A DNA stretch of 30,667 nucleotides, from positions 1 through 30,667 of the forward strand of contig DASRUF010000154.1 of the NCBI GenBank assembly GCA_035655575.1, written 5' to 3'. The DNA is from Bacteroidota bacterium. Lineage in GTDB: Bacteria; Bacteroidota; Ignavibacteria; UBA10030; SZUA-254. Position 1 is the stretch's first letter; every line of letters starts with the position of its first letter. A program made the translations under genes and the position numbers. Below are positions 30,358 through 30,667 of the stretch, one piece after another. The notes under the pieces were generated by a model. That model was not told the origin of the DNA, searched no databases, and saw only the letters and a list, made by a program, of their open reading frames with translations.

Positions 30358-30667
30358 ATGAAAACCTTTGCAGGGATTTTATTATTTTTTCGTTGGGTGT
30401 TATTTGGCGCAGTTCTTCTTTTTTGTTGGGGGGAGACGACTCACCATTTTCTCTATGCCCAACAGAGTCGGTCTCCGGGTGCTTACTATCCATTCTTGGG
30501 AGGGAAAAGAGATCAATCTCAATCCAAATTTGTTGGTGGTGATAAAAGTTCATATTCGAAACTTTCCACAAAGGGCAAAGGCGCTAATTCTCAGACCAGC
30601 CGCAGAAAACCGACTAATTTTGAAATAGGATTATGGAGTGTGCTTGGTGAGATCGAGACGGGCTATC
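30358..30667 (+). CDS. Hypothetical, probably secreted protein (3' truncated by the window edge; absent from the ORF track)
   Basis: SD AGGAGG at 30348-30353 and ATG 30358, open for 103 codons to the end: MKTFAGILLFFRWVLFGAVLLFCWGETTHHFLYAQQSRSPGAYYPFLGG... The N-terminus is basic then hydrophobic, signal-peptide-like. Confidence 0.75.
   Translation, partial: MKTFAGILLFFRWVLFGAVLLFCWGETTHHFLYAQQSRSPGAYYPFLGGKRDQSQSKFVGGDKSSYSKLSTKGKGANSQTSRRKPTNFEIGLWSVLGEIETGY

Noticed and set aside
30356-30628. Track ORFs 30368-30628 (+) and 30356-30571 (-)
   Set aside because: Both overlap the better-supported frame starting at ATG 30358, which has a perfect SD and a signal-peptide-like N-terminus.

Overview
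This window is almost entirely core housekeeping DNA. It is one uninterrupted + strand ribosomal-protein/RNA-polymerase superoperon: 'rplK-rplA-rplJ-rplL-rpoB-rpoC, rpsL-rpsG-fusA-tuf, the S10 block (rpsJ..rpsQ), the spc block (rplN..secY), map-infA-rpmJ and the alpha block (rpsM-rpsK-rpsD-rpoA-rplQ), closed by an intrinsic terminator at 29792-29825. Protein features suggest an FCB-group bacterium, probably Ignavibacteria/Chlorobi-like: lineage-type RpoB/RpoC insertions, L3 'HGQSDR', secY-map-infA without adk, 61-aa Zn-type S14, and sigma70-type promoters. This is inference from recalled sequences, not a database result. I found no evidence of a new multi-gene system. The departures from the textbook cluster are: (1) an intact, CCA-less tRNA-Gln(UUG) gene between rplR and rpsE; (2) rpsL can only start its conserved N-terminus at a CUG codon, overlapped by an out-of-frame AUG mini-ORF; (3) many non-AUG starts, nearly all with a Shine-Dalgarno; (4) a cluster of palindromic REP-like repeats after the terminator; (5) a promoter and a structured ~150-nt leader in front of an unidentified, probably secreted protein that runs off the window end. 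The supplied ORF track missed the tRNA, rpmJ, the true rpsL start and the terminal ORF, and over-extended several N-termini; these are corrected here.
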